Under the pieces are notes generated by a model. That model searched no databases, was not told where the DNA came from, and worked only from the letters and a program-made list of their open reading frames with translations. From Chromera velia (Eukaryota): DNA of 57,570 bases. Of the stretch, positions 12,701 through 25,887 are shown in pieces. The position numbers were made by a program, and so were the translations under genes. The stretch lies in the NCBI GenBank assembly GCA_018398765.1, contig JAHBMJ010000082.1, positions 1 to 57,570 of the forward strand. The letters run 5' to 3'. How positions within the stretch are numbered: position 1 is the first letter of the stretch; each line of letters opens with the position of its first letter.

Positions 12701-13460
12701 CAGAGGACACACAAACAAATAAACAAACAAACAAACAAAAAAACAAGCAAAAAAACAAAAAAACAAATAAACAAACAAACAGACAGACAGAGGACACACA
12801 CACAAACAAACAAACAAACAAACAAAAAAACAAATAAACAATTAAACAGACAGACAGAGGACACACAAACAAACAAACAAACAAACAAACAAATAAACAA
12901 ACAAACAGACAGACAGAGGACACACAAACAAACAAACAAAAAAACAAATAAACAAACAAACAGACAGACAGAGGACACACAAACAAAGAGACAGACAGAC
13001 ATATAAATCGGAAGGCAGAGCACAGGCAGAGAGGAGGGAAAGGGCGGAGGAAGGGAGGGAGAGAGGGAGGGCCGTGGAAACCCAAAATAGATATACCGAT
13101 TTCAATCAATGCCCTTACAGAATAGAGGAGAAGGAAGAAAGAGAGATGTTGCCAGTAAATCCACCCAACTCAAGCGAAGACAAACCCAAACAGAAAGAGA
13201 CCCAATGAAATCAAATTCAACTGACGACTTTATGGAATCTCCCCGTCTCCCTCGTGAGGATATCACAGATCTGCAAACTCTGGAGGTTCTTGAACGTCAC
13301 GTAGTCACTCACTGTCGCGCGTCTGCATGCGTGTGCGTGAACGGACACGAGCTCAGTTTGCTTTTCTTGACTGACTGACTGACTGACTGACTGACTGGCT
13401 GATTGACTGACAGACAGACAGACAGACAGACAGGCAGACAGACAGGCAGACAGGCAGGCA

Positions 13461-13493
<33 letters not shown>

Positions 13494-15274
13494 ACAGACA
13501 GACAGACAGACAGATAGACAGAGAGATGGATGGAAAGACGGAGAGATGTGCGGATGGAAATTGGGGGCCCACAAAGAGAAAGGGAAAGAGAAGGAAATCG
13601 GAGGCCCACAAAGAGAAAGAGAAAGAGAAGGAAATTGGGGGCCCACAAAGAGAAAGAGAAAGAGAAAGAGAAGGAAATCGGAGGCCCACAAAGAGAAAGA
13701 GAAAGAGAAGGAAATCGGAGGCCCACAAAGAGAAAGAGAAAGAGAAGGAAATTGGGGGCCCACAAAGAGAAAGAGATAGAAAGAGCCGGATACCCCCATC
13801 CAATGCAAAGAATTGTATCGGCAGCTAGCTTGAGAGATAGAAAAGGGAGATGGATGGAAGGACATTGTGTGCAGATCGGTTACTGTGGGGGGGATGCAAA
13901 GAGTGAAGAGAAGAGAGGAGCTAGCTAGGCGCCTTCGTTTTCCTTCCCTACTCACTCACTAATCACTCACTGACTTGACATACTTCCACACTGCTGCCGG
14001 GTTGGAAATTCCTGTCGTCGTCAGAAGGAGGAAGGAAGGGACACGTACAGGAGCCATGAATTAAGAAGGGGCGGAAGGTAGGTAGGGATGCAAATGGACA
14101 CCTTCCTGGCGTATTTTCCTTTCTTCTTCTTCCTGCCTCGTCCTTGGGAGTTTGTCTATCTGTCTGTCTACCTGTCTGGTTGGTTCAACTTGGGGGTCAT
14201 TTGTTCGTTCGTTCGTTCGTTTGTTCGTTCGTTCGTTCGTTCGTTCGTTTCTCCTTCCTTCCTTCCTTCCTTCCTTCCCTCGTTGGTTCTTTCTTTTTTG
14301 TTTTCGTTCTTAGACTGCTTGCTTGCTTGCAGCTTCTTTGATTGCTCCCACAGAAGTCACGGAACCGTTACAGAAGAAGATGCATTGACAATGAAGTGAT
14401 ACAACAATTCCCCCCGTGCAACTGAAGCATGCAGACACGCACTCAGCAGACGAACTCGACCGGCAGCCGACCGACTGACTGACAGACCGGGGCGGATGAT
14501 GAAGATGGGTTCCCCCTGCTTGGAGTGCCCGTGGTGTCCGATCGCCATGAAGGCCTTCAGGGCCAGTCTCGCCTCTCTCTCGGGGGGAAAGGGCGTCCTG
14601 CCACGCAGGGCCTGCATGCATGTGGGTGTATATGCGTGCATACAGGGTGTTTGTGCAAGTGATCGAGTCTGTATTCACGAACAGCTCGGGGAGCTCCGAT
14701 TCAACTGGGACTAAGCTTATATATCCACCATGTCGTATCTAGTCTGACCGAGTTGAGATGCATTTGACGCACAAGGACTGTATCACAACGTACAAACATG
14801 GACATTGAAAGCTGCACCTGTTCACATGCAAGTATGCAAGGGACAGACCTCCATGACATGGGGGTTGGCGGCTTTCCATTCGTGGGCCTTCAGAAGAAGG
14901 TCGGCTGCAGCATTTGTATATGTGAATAGAGGAAAGAACTCAAGCTGAGAAAATAAAAAGAGGTTGGAGGCATTCGAAGACTGACGATTGACTAAGTTTT
15001 ACATACATATATATATATATATATATATACATCATTCAAGAACCATTCAAAACAACAAAAGGCCGGGGCTCGTTAACCAACTTGAGTGCTCACCTGCTTT
15101 GGAGGTTTCGGGATTGGAGAGGACGTACCGCAGGAGCGCGAGGTCGTCGTTTTCCTTCATGATGGCAGCACCCTGAGGCAGGAGGGAGATCTGATCCTTC
15201 AGAGCAGAAAGACGCGAAGCCTGCTGCTGATAAAGGTCAGACAAAAGTGGAAGCTCGTGGCTGAAGTCGGACAT
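9743..15274 (-). CDS. CRAL-TRIO / SEC14-like lipid-binding protein (multi-exon)
   Basis: Stitched exons: MSDFS...DDLALLRYVLSN (15274-15094), ADLLLKAHEWK (~14904-14849), ...HGHSKQGEPIFIIRPG (~14611-14489), GISNPAAVWKYV (~14010-13975), ...ICDILTRETGRFHKV (~13323-13227), INIVDGSHMSF...TPQLLKKQ (~12191-12072), VIMDPPGFFSVLFSIAK...KKTLEKIHV (~11362-11195), and after the gap TLPSFLGGSCRCEGGCI... to the stop at 9743. Typical SEC14 motif order. Confidence 0.85.
10307..11000. other. Assembly gap inside a SEC14 intron
   Basis: Run of N. Confidence 1.
12194..13000. repeat. Compound intronic microsatellite with higher-order unit (CAAA)n-(CAGA)n-GAGGACAC
   Basis: Direct reading; the long Phe/Val/Cys/Leu ORFs here are artefacts. 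Confidence 0.95.
13556..13775. repeat. ~37-bp intronic minisatellite, 6 copies
   Basis: Unit GGAAATYGGRGGCCCACAAAGAGAAAGAGAAAGAGAA in two variant forms. Confidence 0.9.
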
Positions 15275-15399
15275 TCTTCTGGACTTTCTTTTTGTCCCTC
15301 AACCACTGGTCTTACTGCTGTCTTCGAGTTACGACATAGGGACAGTTGTCTGTCACTCTTCGCTACTAATATATCAATGAGCTTGCGCCAGCCTGGCCC

Positions 15400-16300
15400 C
15401 AGCCGTGCAGCTGACTGCAAAACTCAAGGTTGCTTGTCAGCATTGCCCCTGCAACATGGGTCCATTACCCCAATAGGGTCCGCATGTACTTACCTGCATG
15501 CATATCTGCACGGGATACACCCAACCAGTTGGGTGAGTGCCTCGGGGGGCTATTTAGGGGTCCGCTAATTGATGCACACCATCGGGGGCTTGGGCATGTC
15601 TAAGTTGTGTGCTGCCATGGGGCGGGGGCCACGGCAGCGAAGTATGCTTTTCGGGACCGCGCGCGCGTTGTATATGCATGGGCAACTCCGTGCGAGTTGC
15701 TTGAGGGGCACATTTTGGAACTCAGGCGACACCGACCGTGACGGAGACAGAACCGATCCCCCCCCCCCTCAAAAATGAAAAAATGCGTTATGCGAGTGCG
15801 TGCGATCTCAGGGCCTCTCGGCTGATCTCAGCAGAGCTGAGCTGCCCCCCGAGGCGATGCATGTATGCGCCATTATGCGCCGAAGAGCCCAGAGCTGGGC
15901 CCAGCTCGGAGCAGGCATGAAAAAGACAATCTGACTGTAAAATTCATACAAAAATCTAACAAAATACAAAAAAAAACCAACACACAACGTTAACGTACGC
16001 TCGCGCGCCCGCGCTTGAAGACAGACTTCCTTCTTGGGGTGATTGTGATCAATATTGTGGGTGCATGGGTGGGGGGGAGGGNNGGGGGGGGGGGAAGGGA
16101 GGGGGAGCCCAATCCCCCGCGGACCCTATTGGAGTAAAGATCCACAACATGCAGTCGAAATACGTTGTGCATGCATACTAGGACTTAGCTTCCAAGATTT
16201 TCTGACGGTTCGGGGATGCATAGCACGTCCCAGCATACCGGCCGTGGACTGCTCGGCATTCCAAGATTTGTCATTTGTGTACATTGTATGGTAAACAGTC
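15400..16300. promoter_or_regulatory. Divergent promoter region between the SEC14 and LRR genes
   Basis: Head-to-head gene arrangement; repeated TGCATG motifs and CGCGCG runs (15658, 16001). Confidence 0.45.
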
Positions 16301-16823
16301 ATCAAACAGTCACCTTCCAGTAAACTTGAAAATGTTCTAGAAAATGTTCAAGACTTCTAGTGGGGCCTAGCAATAGGGCTGGTACGGGCCAGCATAAACA
16401 GAGCAATGACATCCACCGACCAGATTTAGATGCCAACCCGTGCCAACCTAAGAAAGAAATGGCAGTCGCAGCAAGCGAAACAGATAGAAAGACAATTTGA
16501 AAACAACAACGTAGAGGAAAGCATAACTCAAAAGCACGGCGGACCAACGGAGAAAGTCGCTTTTCCACAATGTTGCCAGCAGCCTCCTTGCAGGGAGGAC
16601 GTTCGTTTTGTGAGAAGCCTGCCGGTAGGTTTTCTACTCGAACCCACTCTGCCTCAAGTGACCAGCTACCCACGTGACTGTGCTGGTCTACTGTCAGATT
16701 TGCCGAGTGGATCGACCGGAGACAGCTAGTCTGTCCACGCAGTCCTGCCTGGCTCCTGTTGTCGGCTTTACGAACTGCCCTTCACATCTTTTCATTCGCT
16801 TTTGTTGAGTTCCTACTTCGAAG

Positions 16824-19800
16824 ATGGACGACAAGCACTCTGTCAAGGCCACGGGGGAAGAAGCCGGTAAGTCTGCAGCAAGAAAAACCAAAGGAAGTCA
16901 CTCGATTCAAAGATGCATTTTTGTCTGACCTTTCTCGCTGAATGCAGAGAAGGTTGCGGTGTCAGACTTGAAGAGTTGGGACGGCATTTTCTGCAAATTC
17001 CTGAAGACCAAAACGCCAAGTGCAGAGGTCGGTGGGCAGTCCACAACTGGGTTCCTCCATGGCAGTCCATGCTTCCCGCCCTCCGTCTCTGTCTTGTTTC
17101 CTTCATATATATTCCGTCATCGAGGTCTATCTACTTCCTTTCATTTCCCTTTCACATCGTTCTTGGCTGGCTCCTCAACTGCAACCCCGCCTGGCTGTGT
17201 GTGCCAAATAGGTTTGGGTGATGCATGATCCACCTTCACTCTCCTTGCATATGATTGCTCTCCTTGCATATACCTGCTTGCTTGGATGCATACGAACATG
17301 CAGGCGCTGTCACAAATGGCTTCGGGCCGAGACGGATACGCTGCGGCCTGCCTGTGCCTGTATGCGATCAAACGGGTGAGTCGCGGTGGCCTGTGAGGCG
17401 GACACTCCGCTGCCATGTGTCGCGTTGCTCGTGGTGATCCTCCTCCCCTTAAGCCTCCCTGGTGCTGGTTTCCCCCCTTTCTCGTTCCACCCGCTAGTTC
17501 GATGTGACTCCACTTTTTTGATCATATGTGTGGCAGCTCTGCTGCCTGGTTGGCTTTTGATACGTCGAAGGGGAGGGCAGGAATTGTCTTAACTGTTTTC
17601 TTCGTGATTTATGAATTCATGTAACTTTTTCTTCGTTGTTTGTTTGGATCCTCCTGCCATATCCTCTCCTGAGTCTCCATCGATCGTTTTTCGTTCATGT
17701 GATGCATCCCCCACCATGAAAAGTGGCAGACCCCTTTTGCTTGATGGATGCCTCAGTTGTGTTTTCTCCCTCCTTTCGTGTCCACTCGCGCATGCATTCA
17801 CACTGGCAAGAGACTTTGTGTGTGTAAGATATATGGTGAGTGTGGCTTTATCTCTGCATGCAGGGGAAGGTGGTGGGAGTTTCTTGTCCGAGTTTGGACA
17901 TCTCAAGTCAGTCGAATCTCTGAGACCGTGCAGATAGTCCTGAATGAATTGATGGATGAGTGGATGAAAAATGAAAGAATACCACCTTGAATGAATGACC
18001 AACTTTTGACCTAATATTGGTTACACCAACGGAAGCTTTCTTCTCTTCGTTCGGCTCCTCTGCGTGCTTTTTCTCTCAGAAGATGAAGAGGATTCACACC
18101 CCTCTGCGTGCTTTGTCTCTCAGAAGATGAAGAGGATTCACACCCCTCTGCGTGCTTTGTCTCTCAGACGATGAAGAGGATTCACACCCCTCTGCGTGCT
18201 TTGTCTCTCAGAAGATGAAGAGGACTGTGTCTGAGTCTCTGAGCCTTTCTCTCTGAATTTTGCTCTGTACCTCGATTGAGCAATCAGAAAAACAAAAAAG
18301 CGGCAGGGAACAACGCGTCTTGCTCTGTGCTGCATAGACGTCTTCTTTGAACGTTGATGCGGTTTGGTGCTTCTCTCCTGTTTGTGTGGTGTGTGGTGTG
18401 GGGTAAGTTTCTCTTTGATCACATTTTGTTTATCTCGGTTTCCTCATTGCAGAGTGCACCCTTTCGCCCAGAAGAACCTTCTTTCTTCTAGACTTGCTCC
18501 CTCTCTCTGCGGAGGAACTCAAACTCGGTCAGCCCACTGCATTCATTCTCCAGTGTGTTCTGTCTAGTAGAGGGGGAGGTCTGTGAGCCTCCCCACACAC
18601 TGGCTGATGCGTGACAGAGGGCTCTCTCGTCATGCTCTCCCTCCCTCCCCCCCCCCTCTCTCTCCCTCTCTCTGGGGTGGGTCCATATCTATCTGCCTGT
18701 GTCCCTGTTTGTCTATTTGTCTGTCTATCTCTGTCTGCCTGTCCATCTATCTGTTTATTTGTCTGTCTGTCTGTCTGTCTGCCTGTCCATCTATCTGTCT
18801 ATCTGTCTGTCTATCTGCCCCAGAGACAGCGAGATGCAGGAAGATGCACTTATCAAATATTGAGTTTCCTTTCTCTCTTCCATTCTGTAGCTGCATGGGT
18901 GCAATCCATCCACTCTGCCTGCCTGCCTGCCTCCTTGCAGGTCCCTCTGCCGTGAAAGAGCAGGCCCTGCCCCTCCTCCGTCGCTTTCTCGAGAGGGTCC
19001 AGGGAGACGGGGGAGAGAATGGGGAACCCGCGATTAAGCACCTCGGCTTTGCAGGTGAGGCGGCCACGGGGACAGACAGAGAAGCAGGCAGGCAGGCAGG
19101 CAGGCAGGAAGGCGGGCAGGATGAGCGAAAAAACTGTATTGGTGTGCGCTTTGCTTTCCTTTGTTTCTTCTACTTCTTCTCCTTCTCTTCCCCTCCCTGC
19201 AGACACCACCGTCGGGCCTCGGGCGGCTCCAGTGATATTCTCTGCTTTGCCCTCCTCCCTCGAGTCCTTGAGCCTTCAAGGTCCGTTTGTCGGTTCGTTC
19301 CTGTTGTCTGTCTGACGACCTCTCCGTCTGTTTGGGCTTTTTGGTTGGGTGCGTGTCTGTGTTTCCTTTTTGATCCTTCGTGGGTCTCTGCGGTCGAATC
19401 AATTTGATTCGCTTCTGCCTGCATCTTTCCTTCACTCCCTCCCCGCTTTTAAATTCTCAATTTCCCATTGAATTTCTTTTTTGTGGCTCTCTGGGAGGCG
19501 CTGTCTCGACATATCTCATCTCCTGCCTTATCTCCGAGCCTCGTCGCTGCATTTGGACATCGTCTCTTTCTGTCACGCAATTATTTTTCTGAACAAACAA
19601 ACACGAAACGGCACCCTTTCGAGGAGAGCAGCTGTGAGATTAGAAATGCCGGCACTTGTGTTCGTACTTCAATTGCCCCCTGTTTCTTTCCCTTTTCCCT
19701 ACTTTCTTCCCCCCTTTTTCACATACATCTATGTCCCCTTGCAGGAAACGAGCTGGGCAGAGAGGAGATAGAGCGGCTGGCAGAGGCAGCACGCGCGGGG

Positions 19801-21663
19801 AGGGTGTCGTGTGTGCGGACGCTGAACCTGAACGAGACGGGCGTAGATGACGAGGGAATGCAGATTCTGTCCTCTGCTTTTGTGGAGGTCAAACCTCTCA
19901 AAATAGAGAGGCTGTTGCTGCAGGGGGGCGCGTTCGTGAAGGGTCCGACGCTCTTTTCGCTTCTGAGAGGAGATACGCTTCCTATCTTGAAGGAGCTGCA
20001 GCTAGACGAATGTCAGATGTCCCCAGGGTCCTTGACGGCTCTGGCACAAAGGGTGAAAGGGGGGGAGTTGCGTTCATTGGAGAATTTGGGGTTCGAGGGA
20101 ATTCTGGAGACAGACGATGATGGTGAGGATGAGTATCAGGAAGTGGTTTTGGATTTCGATGCTGCATTGGTTGCGTTTGCACGTGCCCTGGATCGAGCCT
20201 CAGTTCCCCTTTTGAAGCATCTAAATTTGAGGGGAGTGTGGGTGTCAGGGGAAGCCGCTGATGCCCTCATAGCAGCTCTGAGGTCCGACGAGGCCCCGCC
20301 TCTCGAGACTGCAGAGCTTGAAATTCATTGGTGCACCGAAGAGAGCTCCCGGCAGTTGGGGAGTGGGGATGGTCTCAAATTCATCCACAGACTCGAGATT
20401 GACATAGAGGGGGAATCGGGTTTGGCATTTTTGAACGGAGTCCTGAGTGGCCCAGAAAAGCCGAGCTGGAAAGCCCTCGCACTAAATGTGTCGAACGAAG
20501 GTGAAAGGACAGTTGACCTTGCAATCTGGACAGCCCTTGCCGACGCTCTTGGCAAGGGGCGTCTGAGTGCTCTTGAGAGTTTTTTGGCCCAGGGGGACAA
20601 CAACGCAGACGAAGAAGAGGGAGTAGAAGGTTTCCAGCTCCCGCCTTCTTCGCATGAGAGTGAAGGGCAGGAACAGAGGGGGAGTGAGTTTTGTAAGGTG
20701 TTTCGAAGTCTGAACTTTCTAATATTGTCTCAATTGCGTTTGCCAGACGTTGGGTTGACAGACCAGGACTTGGTGTGGTTGGGTGAGGGGGTGAAGGAAG
20801 GCAATTACCCACAGCTTAGCGAATTACATTTGGGTGGCAACCCGGAGTTCGGGAGGGTGGGTATGGAGGGTTTGTTTGGGGGCGTGAGGGAGTCGGAGAA
20901 GGGGCTGCCGCACCTTTTTGTGCTGAATTTGAGCAATTGCACAAAAGCTGGGGAGGGGGCTGCATCTCTAGGGGCCGCTTTGCGGTGCGGAAAGATGTCG
21001 GGTCTTGCGCGTCTGTCGCTCAGGTATGCTGGGTGGGATGATGTGGGGATGGGGGTGCTTGGGGAGGCGGTGCGAGAAAGGAACCTGTCACACGTTTGGC
21101 AATTTCTTCTGGGAGGGAATGCATTTGGGAGGGAAGGGATGGACGCATTCTTCGGGTCTGTGTGTGCATCTGAGGAGGGGTGGCCTTCCCTTCATTACAT
21201 GGAGCTTGCAGAGGGGAGGGCAGGAGACGGAATTGCGGCTCTCAGTCAGAGCCTGCGGTTAGAGAAGATGCCTCATATCTCCGACATCGAATTGTCGAGT
21301 TGCCGTCTGACCAATGAGGGCATGCGTGTGCTCGGGGAGGTGTTTGGGGAGAAGGCGACGCCGTCTCTGACCGAGCTAGATTTGTCAGGCAACCCCTTCA
21401 ATGAGGAGGGGCTGACCTCGTTCCTCGAAGCCCTCCAACCGCAGTCGCTCCCGAATTTGAACCGTCTCGCTTTGCGAGGGGAGTGGGCGGCTCCTTGGAA
21501 GAAGGAGCTGATCATGAAAGCGAAAGAGGGGGGGAAACTCTCTTCTTTAGATGAATCGAGTATACGTGACGATGCCTGGGAAGATGATGAAGGCTTAGAA
21601 GATGGGGAGGACGAGGACGTCGACGCGGATGACGATGAATGGGAGGATGAAGACGACGAATAA
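16824..21663 (+). CDS. Large RI-like leucine-rich-repeat protein with acidic C-terminal tail (multi-exon)
   Basis: Short 5' exons joined in frame by GT-AG introns: MDDKHSVKATGEEA / KVAVSDLKSWDGIFCKFL / ALSQMASGRDGYAAACLCLYAIKR / GKVVGVSCPSLDIS / TLSPRRTFFLLDLLPLSAEELKLG / PSAVKEQALPLLRRFLER...LGFA / DTTVGPRAAPVIFSALPSSLESLSLQ. Terminal exon 19745-21663 has LxxLxLxxNxxG repeats (LSELHLGGNPEFG, LTELDLSGNPFN) and a D/E tail. Confidence 0.85.
18058..18224. repeat. 44-bp intronic minisatellite, about 4 copies
   Basis: Unit TGCGTGCTTTGTCTCTCAGAAGATGAAGAGGATTCACACCCCTC at 18061, 18105, 18149, 18193. Confidence 0.9.
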
Positions 21664-22627
21664 GACACAACTGTGACTTAACACATAAAAACATCTGTTT
21701 AACATATTTTTATAAACGGGGTCAATCATATATAAAGTAAGGCACGCTCTACGGCACGCTTTTTGTTGTTAATTGGAAGCTGGGTCATTAAATGTTTACA
21801 AGATTTTGCAAGCTAGCTTGTCACGCTGTTTATCTACTTATAATTCAATAGTGAGTGACTCCGCAAAACAAAAAGGTATGCATAAAAACCAGTAGCTTCA
21901 ATTTAAAAATTGGCAGTCACCGGGACCAGGCACTGTGATTAAATTGTGCATGGTAGGCTATTGGTAGCTAAATGATATACAAAATAACCTCAAATTTATT
22001 ATAAAAGGTCAAAGTCACTTCTAAAATTTTGAATTGCATAGATTGAATTGAGGCGATCACTTATAAAGCCAATCTCGATAAGCCACTACTTAATAGATTT
22101 ATCATATGATTCATGATATGAAACACAAAGTCTCTTCATCAATTAGAATAATTATAAATCATAAATATGTCTAAAAATAGACCGATGACAAAGCTAAGAA
22201 AGCTTCAATATTGAAGTCATAAAATTTTCAAAAAGCTGATTTATGACATGATTTTAGTAGATTTTAGCTAACTTACAATAAATGCGTCCCTCAATTAAGT
22301 TTAGCTTTTAACATCATGATATTAATTCAATTAATATCATGATATTAAAATTTAATTCTAAATCGAAATTAAATTTAAAACGCTAAACAGTTTAACCTAA
22401 CTTACGCAACGATTTATAATGTAAATTCGCTACTATAGATTCGCTATATACTAAAAATGTTGTACAATCCAGTTCAGTCATGCAGTCACATATTGGTAGC
22501 AAGTGTCATGTATGCCAGTACATACATTTATAGAAGTAGTCTTTTCACTCTTTCGTTGCTTGACACATACAGATGAGTCCGGCTCATGACCCGGGGGGCA
22601 GAAGCCCCCGTTTCGATCGATCGGTCG

Positions 22628-25600
22628 CTATCGTGTTGAAGCGGGAGCCCCCACCGTCTGCGGTTGCGGTGCTGCCGTCGCCCCCGCCCCTGGAGACACC
22701 ACCGCTGCCCCTCCCCTCGCCGCCCCTCCCCCCAAGAGTGCGGAGGGACCCGAGGAGGCGGAGGCTGCCTGCAGTCTGGCAGCGATCCAGTCCAGGCCCT
22801 CTCTGAGGCCGTCTCCGGTCAGGGCACAACAACCCTGCAGAGAGGGACGGGCCTTTATTGTGTGTGTGTGCGTGTTTACGTATGTGTGTGTGTGTGTGTG
22901 TGTGTGTATGTGGATGTGTGTATATGAGTGAGTGTGTGTATGTGTGTGTGAGTGTGTGTGTGTGAGAGAGAGAGAGACAGACAGAGAGAGACTGTGTGAG
23001 AAACTCTGTGTGTGTGTGTGTGTGTGAATGGAAAAAGTTGGGAAGCAATCGAAGCAGCGCATCGAAAAGGAGAGGATCCATACAGAGACGAATTAAGGTC
23101 AATCGTTGTACACATCGATCGATCGATCGGTGCAGAGGAAGAGAAGAGACCAGAGCATTTTTCCATGGAGGTTCTGTCTCTTTCTTTCTGTCTTCCTCTT
23201 TCAGACCCGTGTCCGTGCATATGCGCACGCACACACGCACACCGACAAGATGCTGCTTTTTTCTCCTTTCTGGCGACTGAACAGTTCAGCACGGAAAACG
23301 TGCGAGCGCATCATAGAGCAGAATACAGAATACAGAGAGATCATGTATGTTTGTTGCCTGCATGCCTGCTCCCCGCAGGTCGTCATGGAGGAAGAACAAG
23401 AGAACACCCAAAGGCCGAAACTTCCATTTGGATGGATCTGAATGCATGCATCTGTCTGTGCGCATCTATCGATCGATCTGTACGTGTGGATTTTCTTTCC
23501 CTGTGCGCCCACCTGTATGTGCCAGTCTCTTCCCCTGATGTCGTGAAGTTTCAATTCGTTGCAGATCTCCGCAGCCGTCATCGCTCCTTGAATGTCCTGC
23601 TTGTTCGCCAAAACGAGCAGACAGCAGGCCTTCATGTGCTGCAGCAGTGCAGTCAGGGGGCCCGAGGAGAAGCAGATCAAGAGAGAGAAACAGAAGATGA
23701 ATCCGTCAGAGAAAAAGAGAAAGGGAAGAGAAGAGGAACAAATAGATCGATAGCACGCAGTCAGTAAATCGGACATTCAATTCATGAAGACTCAGTAAGA
23801 TTGTCGGTCGGTCAGTGAGCCAGTCGATTTATCCATCAGACGGAGCAAGTTATGAAAAAATAGGGGACGAAAAAGGTTTTGGGGGGGGAGAGAAAGAACG
23901 AGCGGACGAAAGAAAAAACAAAAAAACAAAGGGTCGGAAGGAAAAAAATAAATCTGTACGTGTGTCATTGTTCCGTCGGAAATAGCGCGTCACGCCGTCC
24001 GAGCTAAATCCGAGGTGCGAATGGCCCGGAAAGCGAAAATGTTGAAAGTGGAGACCGCCGCTGTTTTGTTTCAGTGCCCATGAGCTTTGTTTTCCGGGGC
24101 CCGTGGAACCCCAGCACCGCAACTCCGCGGGCAAAGCGCGCGAGTTGACTTGTAAATAAATAAACAAGTAAAGAAGAAAGCAAAAGAAAAGAAAAACGGA
24201 ATAGTAGAAGAACAAACAGAATGAAGATGGCAGAGACCGACCAACCTCATGTAACAAAACGTTGAACAATTCCATTTTTGCCACCAGCATCGAATCTCTG
24301 TCATTTGAGTCCACCACAAAGATCAGGGCCTGCATTGCATGGGGATTTTTTTGCGTTAAATTGCACTCATTGTGTTCTCATATTCCACGTTCTCATTCAT
24401 GCGTGTGATAGAAAAAGTCTGCATCCACACCTGCAGGCCTCTTTGGGAGGGAGGAGACAGGTGGCGCGAACGTCGTCGAAACAGAGACGGAGAAACAGAG
24501 ACGGAGAAACAGAGACGGAGAAACAGAGACGCAGAAACAGAGACGGGGAAACAGAGGGGAAGGAAAAAGCAGCCAGAGAGGCTGACTGAATCTCCTTTTG
24601 CCCTTTCTTTTTTACCTGAGAGAGAAGCTGATGTTCTCTCTCTTCTGTTTTCCTTTCCCTTTTTCTGTGCGTCTGGACAATCGGACGCACAGACACACAC
24701 ACACACGCGCATGGACGCTTCGGGGAAACGCAATGGGAGATGAACGAGGGGACCCAAGGAGCTAGAAGGAAAGATGAATGGATGCCAAGCAAGAAAGAGG
24801 TGAGAGAGACACTCCTTGAACTTGCACGCGAGGGAGCAGAGCGCCCAAAACTATATAGGAGCTCTAGAAAACAGGGGATGCTTAGGAATGAGACACACGA
24901 AATGTACCAAAAAAACCGAGGCCGACCCCGCACACACATGCACAATTGCTACACCAAAATCCCCTCACCTGCGCATTCTCAAAGTACATCGACCAAACAC
25001 TCCGTAGGTTCTCCTGTCCTCCCACGTCCCAGACCTACACGGAGGGAGAAGGAAAGGGAGGGGGTGCAGGGAGGCCTAGAGGAAGGCAAACATACCGTTA
25101 TTCTGTAATAGGAGCTAGGGGAAAAGGGAGCGCATAGACAGGCAGTGCCAGGCACATCAGCAGAAGGTTTGATCGGCTGAGAGGAAGAAGGACACAAAGT
25201 CGTGCATTCCCATCCCATTCCCTCCCCACATGCACTCAATAAAGAATCATCAGAGCAGAAAGAAAGAAAGCACCATCTATCTCCCTTTCCTTCCTACATT
25301 GGGCCCATGCACCTGAAGTTTGAGGCTCTTGTGCGTGACCTCCTCCACATTCGAGCCTATCGTCGGTTGTGTCTGGATCACCTGACCCAAATGCCTGCAT
25401 GCGGACAGACACGCAAGGAAGTACTTGTGGTGTGGTGTGGAGACGGGAAGAGTGAGAGTGCTCACGGGCAGACCCACCACTCACTAGGATGGCCCACAGA
25501 CAGATAGAAAGACAGGCAGACACAGAAGAGTAGCGAATAAAGACTGCCGGATAGACAGAGACGCCAGACAAAGTGAAATAGTGGGTATGTAGCCAGTCAG

Positions 25601-25887
25601 ACTGAAAGAAAAGATTTGCAGGCGGACAGAAGAAGCCTAATGCACTGGCGGGTGGGTGGGGGCACGTACAGTTTGTACAGGATGGTCGTCTTCCCTGCGT
25701 TGTTGAGTCCCAAGATCAAGATCTTCCTCTGAGAGTCGTCCCCTGCAGGCCGCACAGAGAAGAAAAAGGAAAGATAGAGAAGAGACGGGAAGGATGAAGA
25801 AAGAGCACAGAGCAACACAAGCAGAGGAGACGCCCTTTTTTACTGACCGAGAATGGCCCTCCACATCTTTGACAAAAAGAATCCCAT
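22628..25887 (-). CDS. ARL5: ADP-ribosylation factor-like small GTPase, ARL5-like (7 exons)
   Basis: [14 protein letters not shown] / [24 protein letters not shown] / [19 protein letters not shown] / [18 protein letters not shown] / [12 protein letters not shown] / LLVLANKQD...WHIQ / [17 protein letters not shown]1-G5 boxes and N-terminal MG present; PTIGSNVEE and GGQE-x-LR favour the ARL5 subfamily. Confidence 0.85.

Noticed and set aside
11990..13109. Long minus-strand ORFs of 283-367 aa
   Set aside because: Translations of an intronic microsatellite (VCLF repeats). The same applies to ORFs at 13217-13955, 30907-31501, 34600-35594, 41459-42136 and 52913-53415.
16430..16729. 99-aa ORF as the LRR gene start
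   Set aside because: No recognisable motif; the ATG at 16824 with a GTAAGT donor splices in frame with the downstream exons.
19468..19744. N-terminal 92 aa of the 731-aa LRR ORF
   Set aside because: Pyrimidine-rich intron sequence ending in TTGCAG; the real exon starts at 19745.
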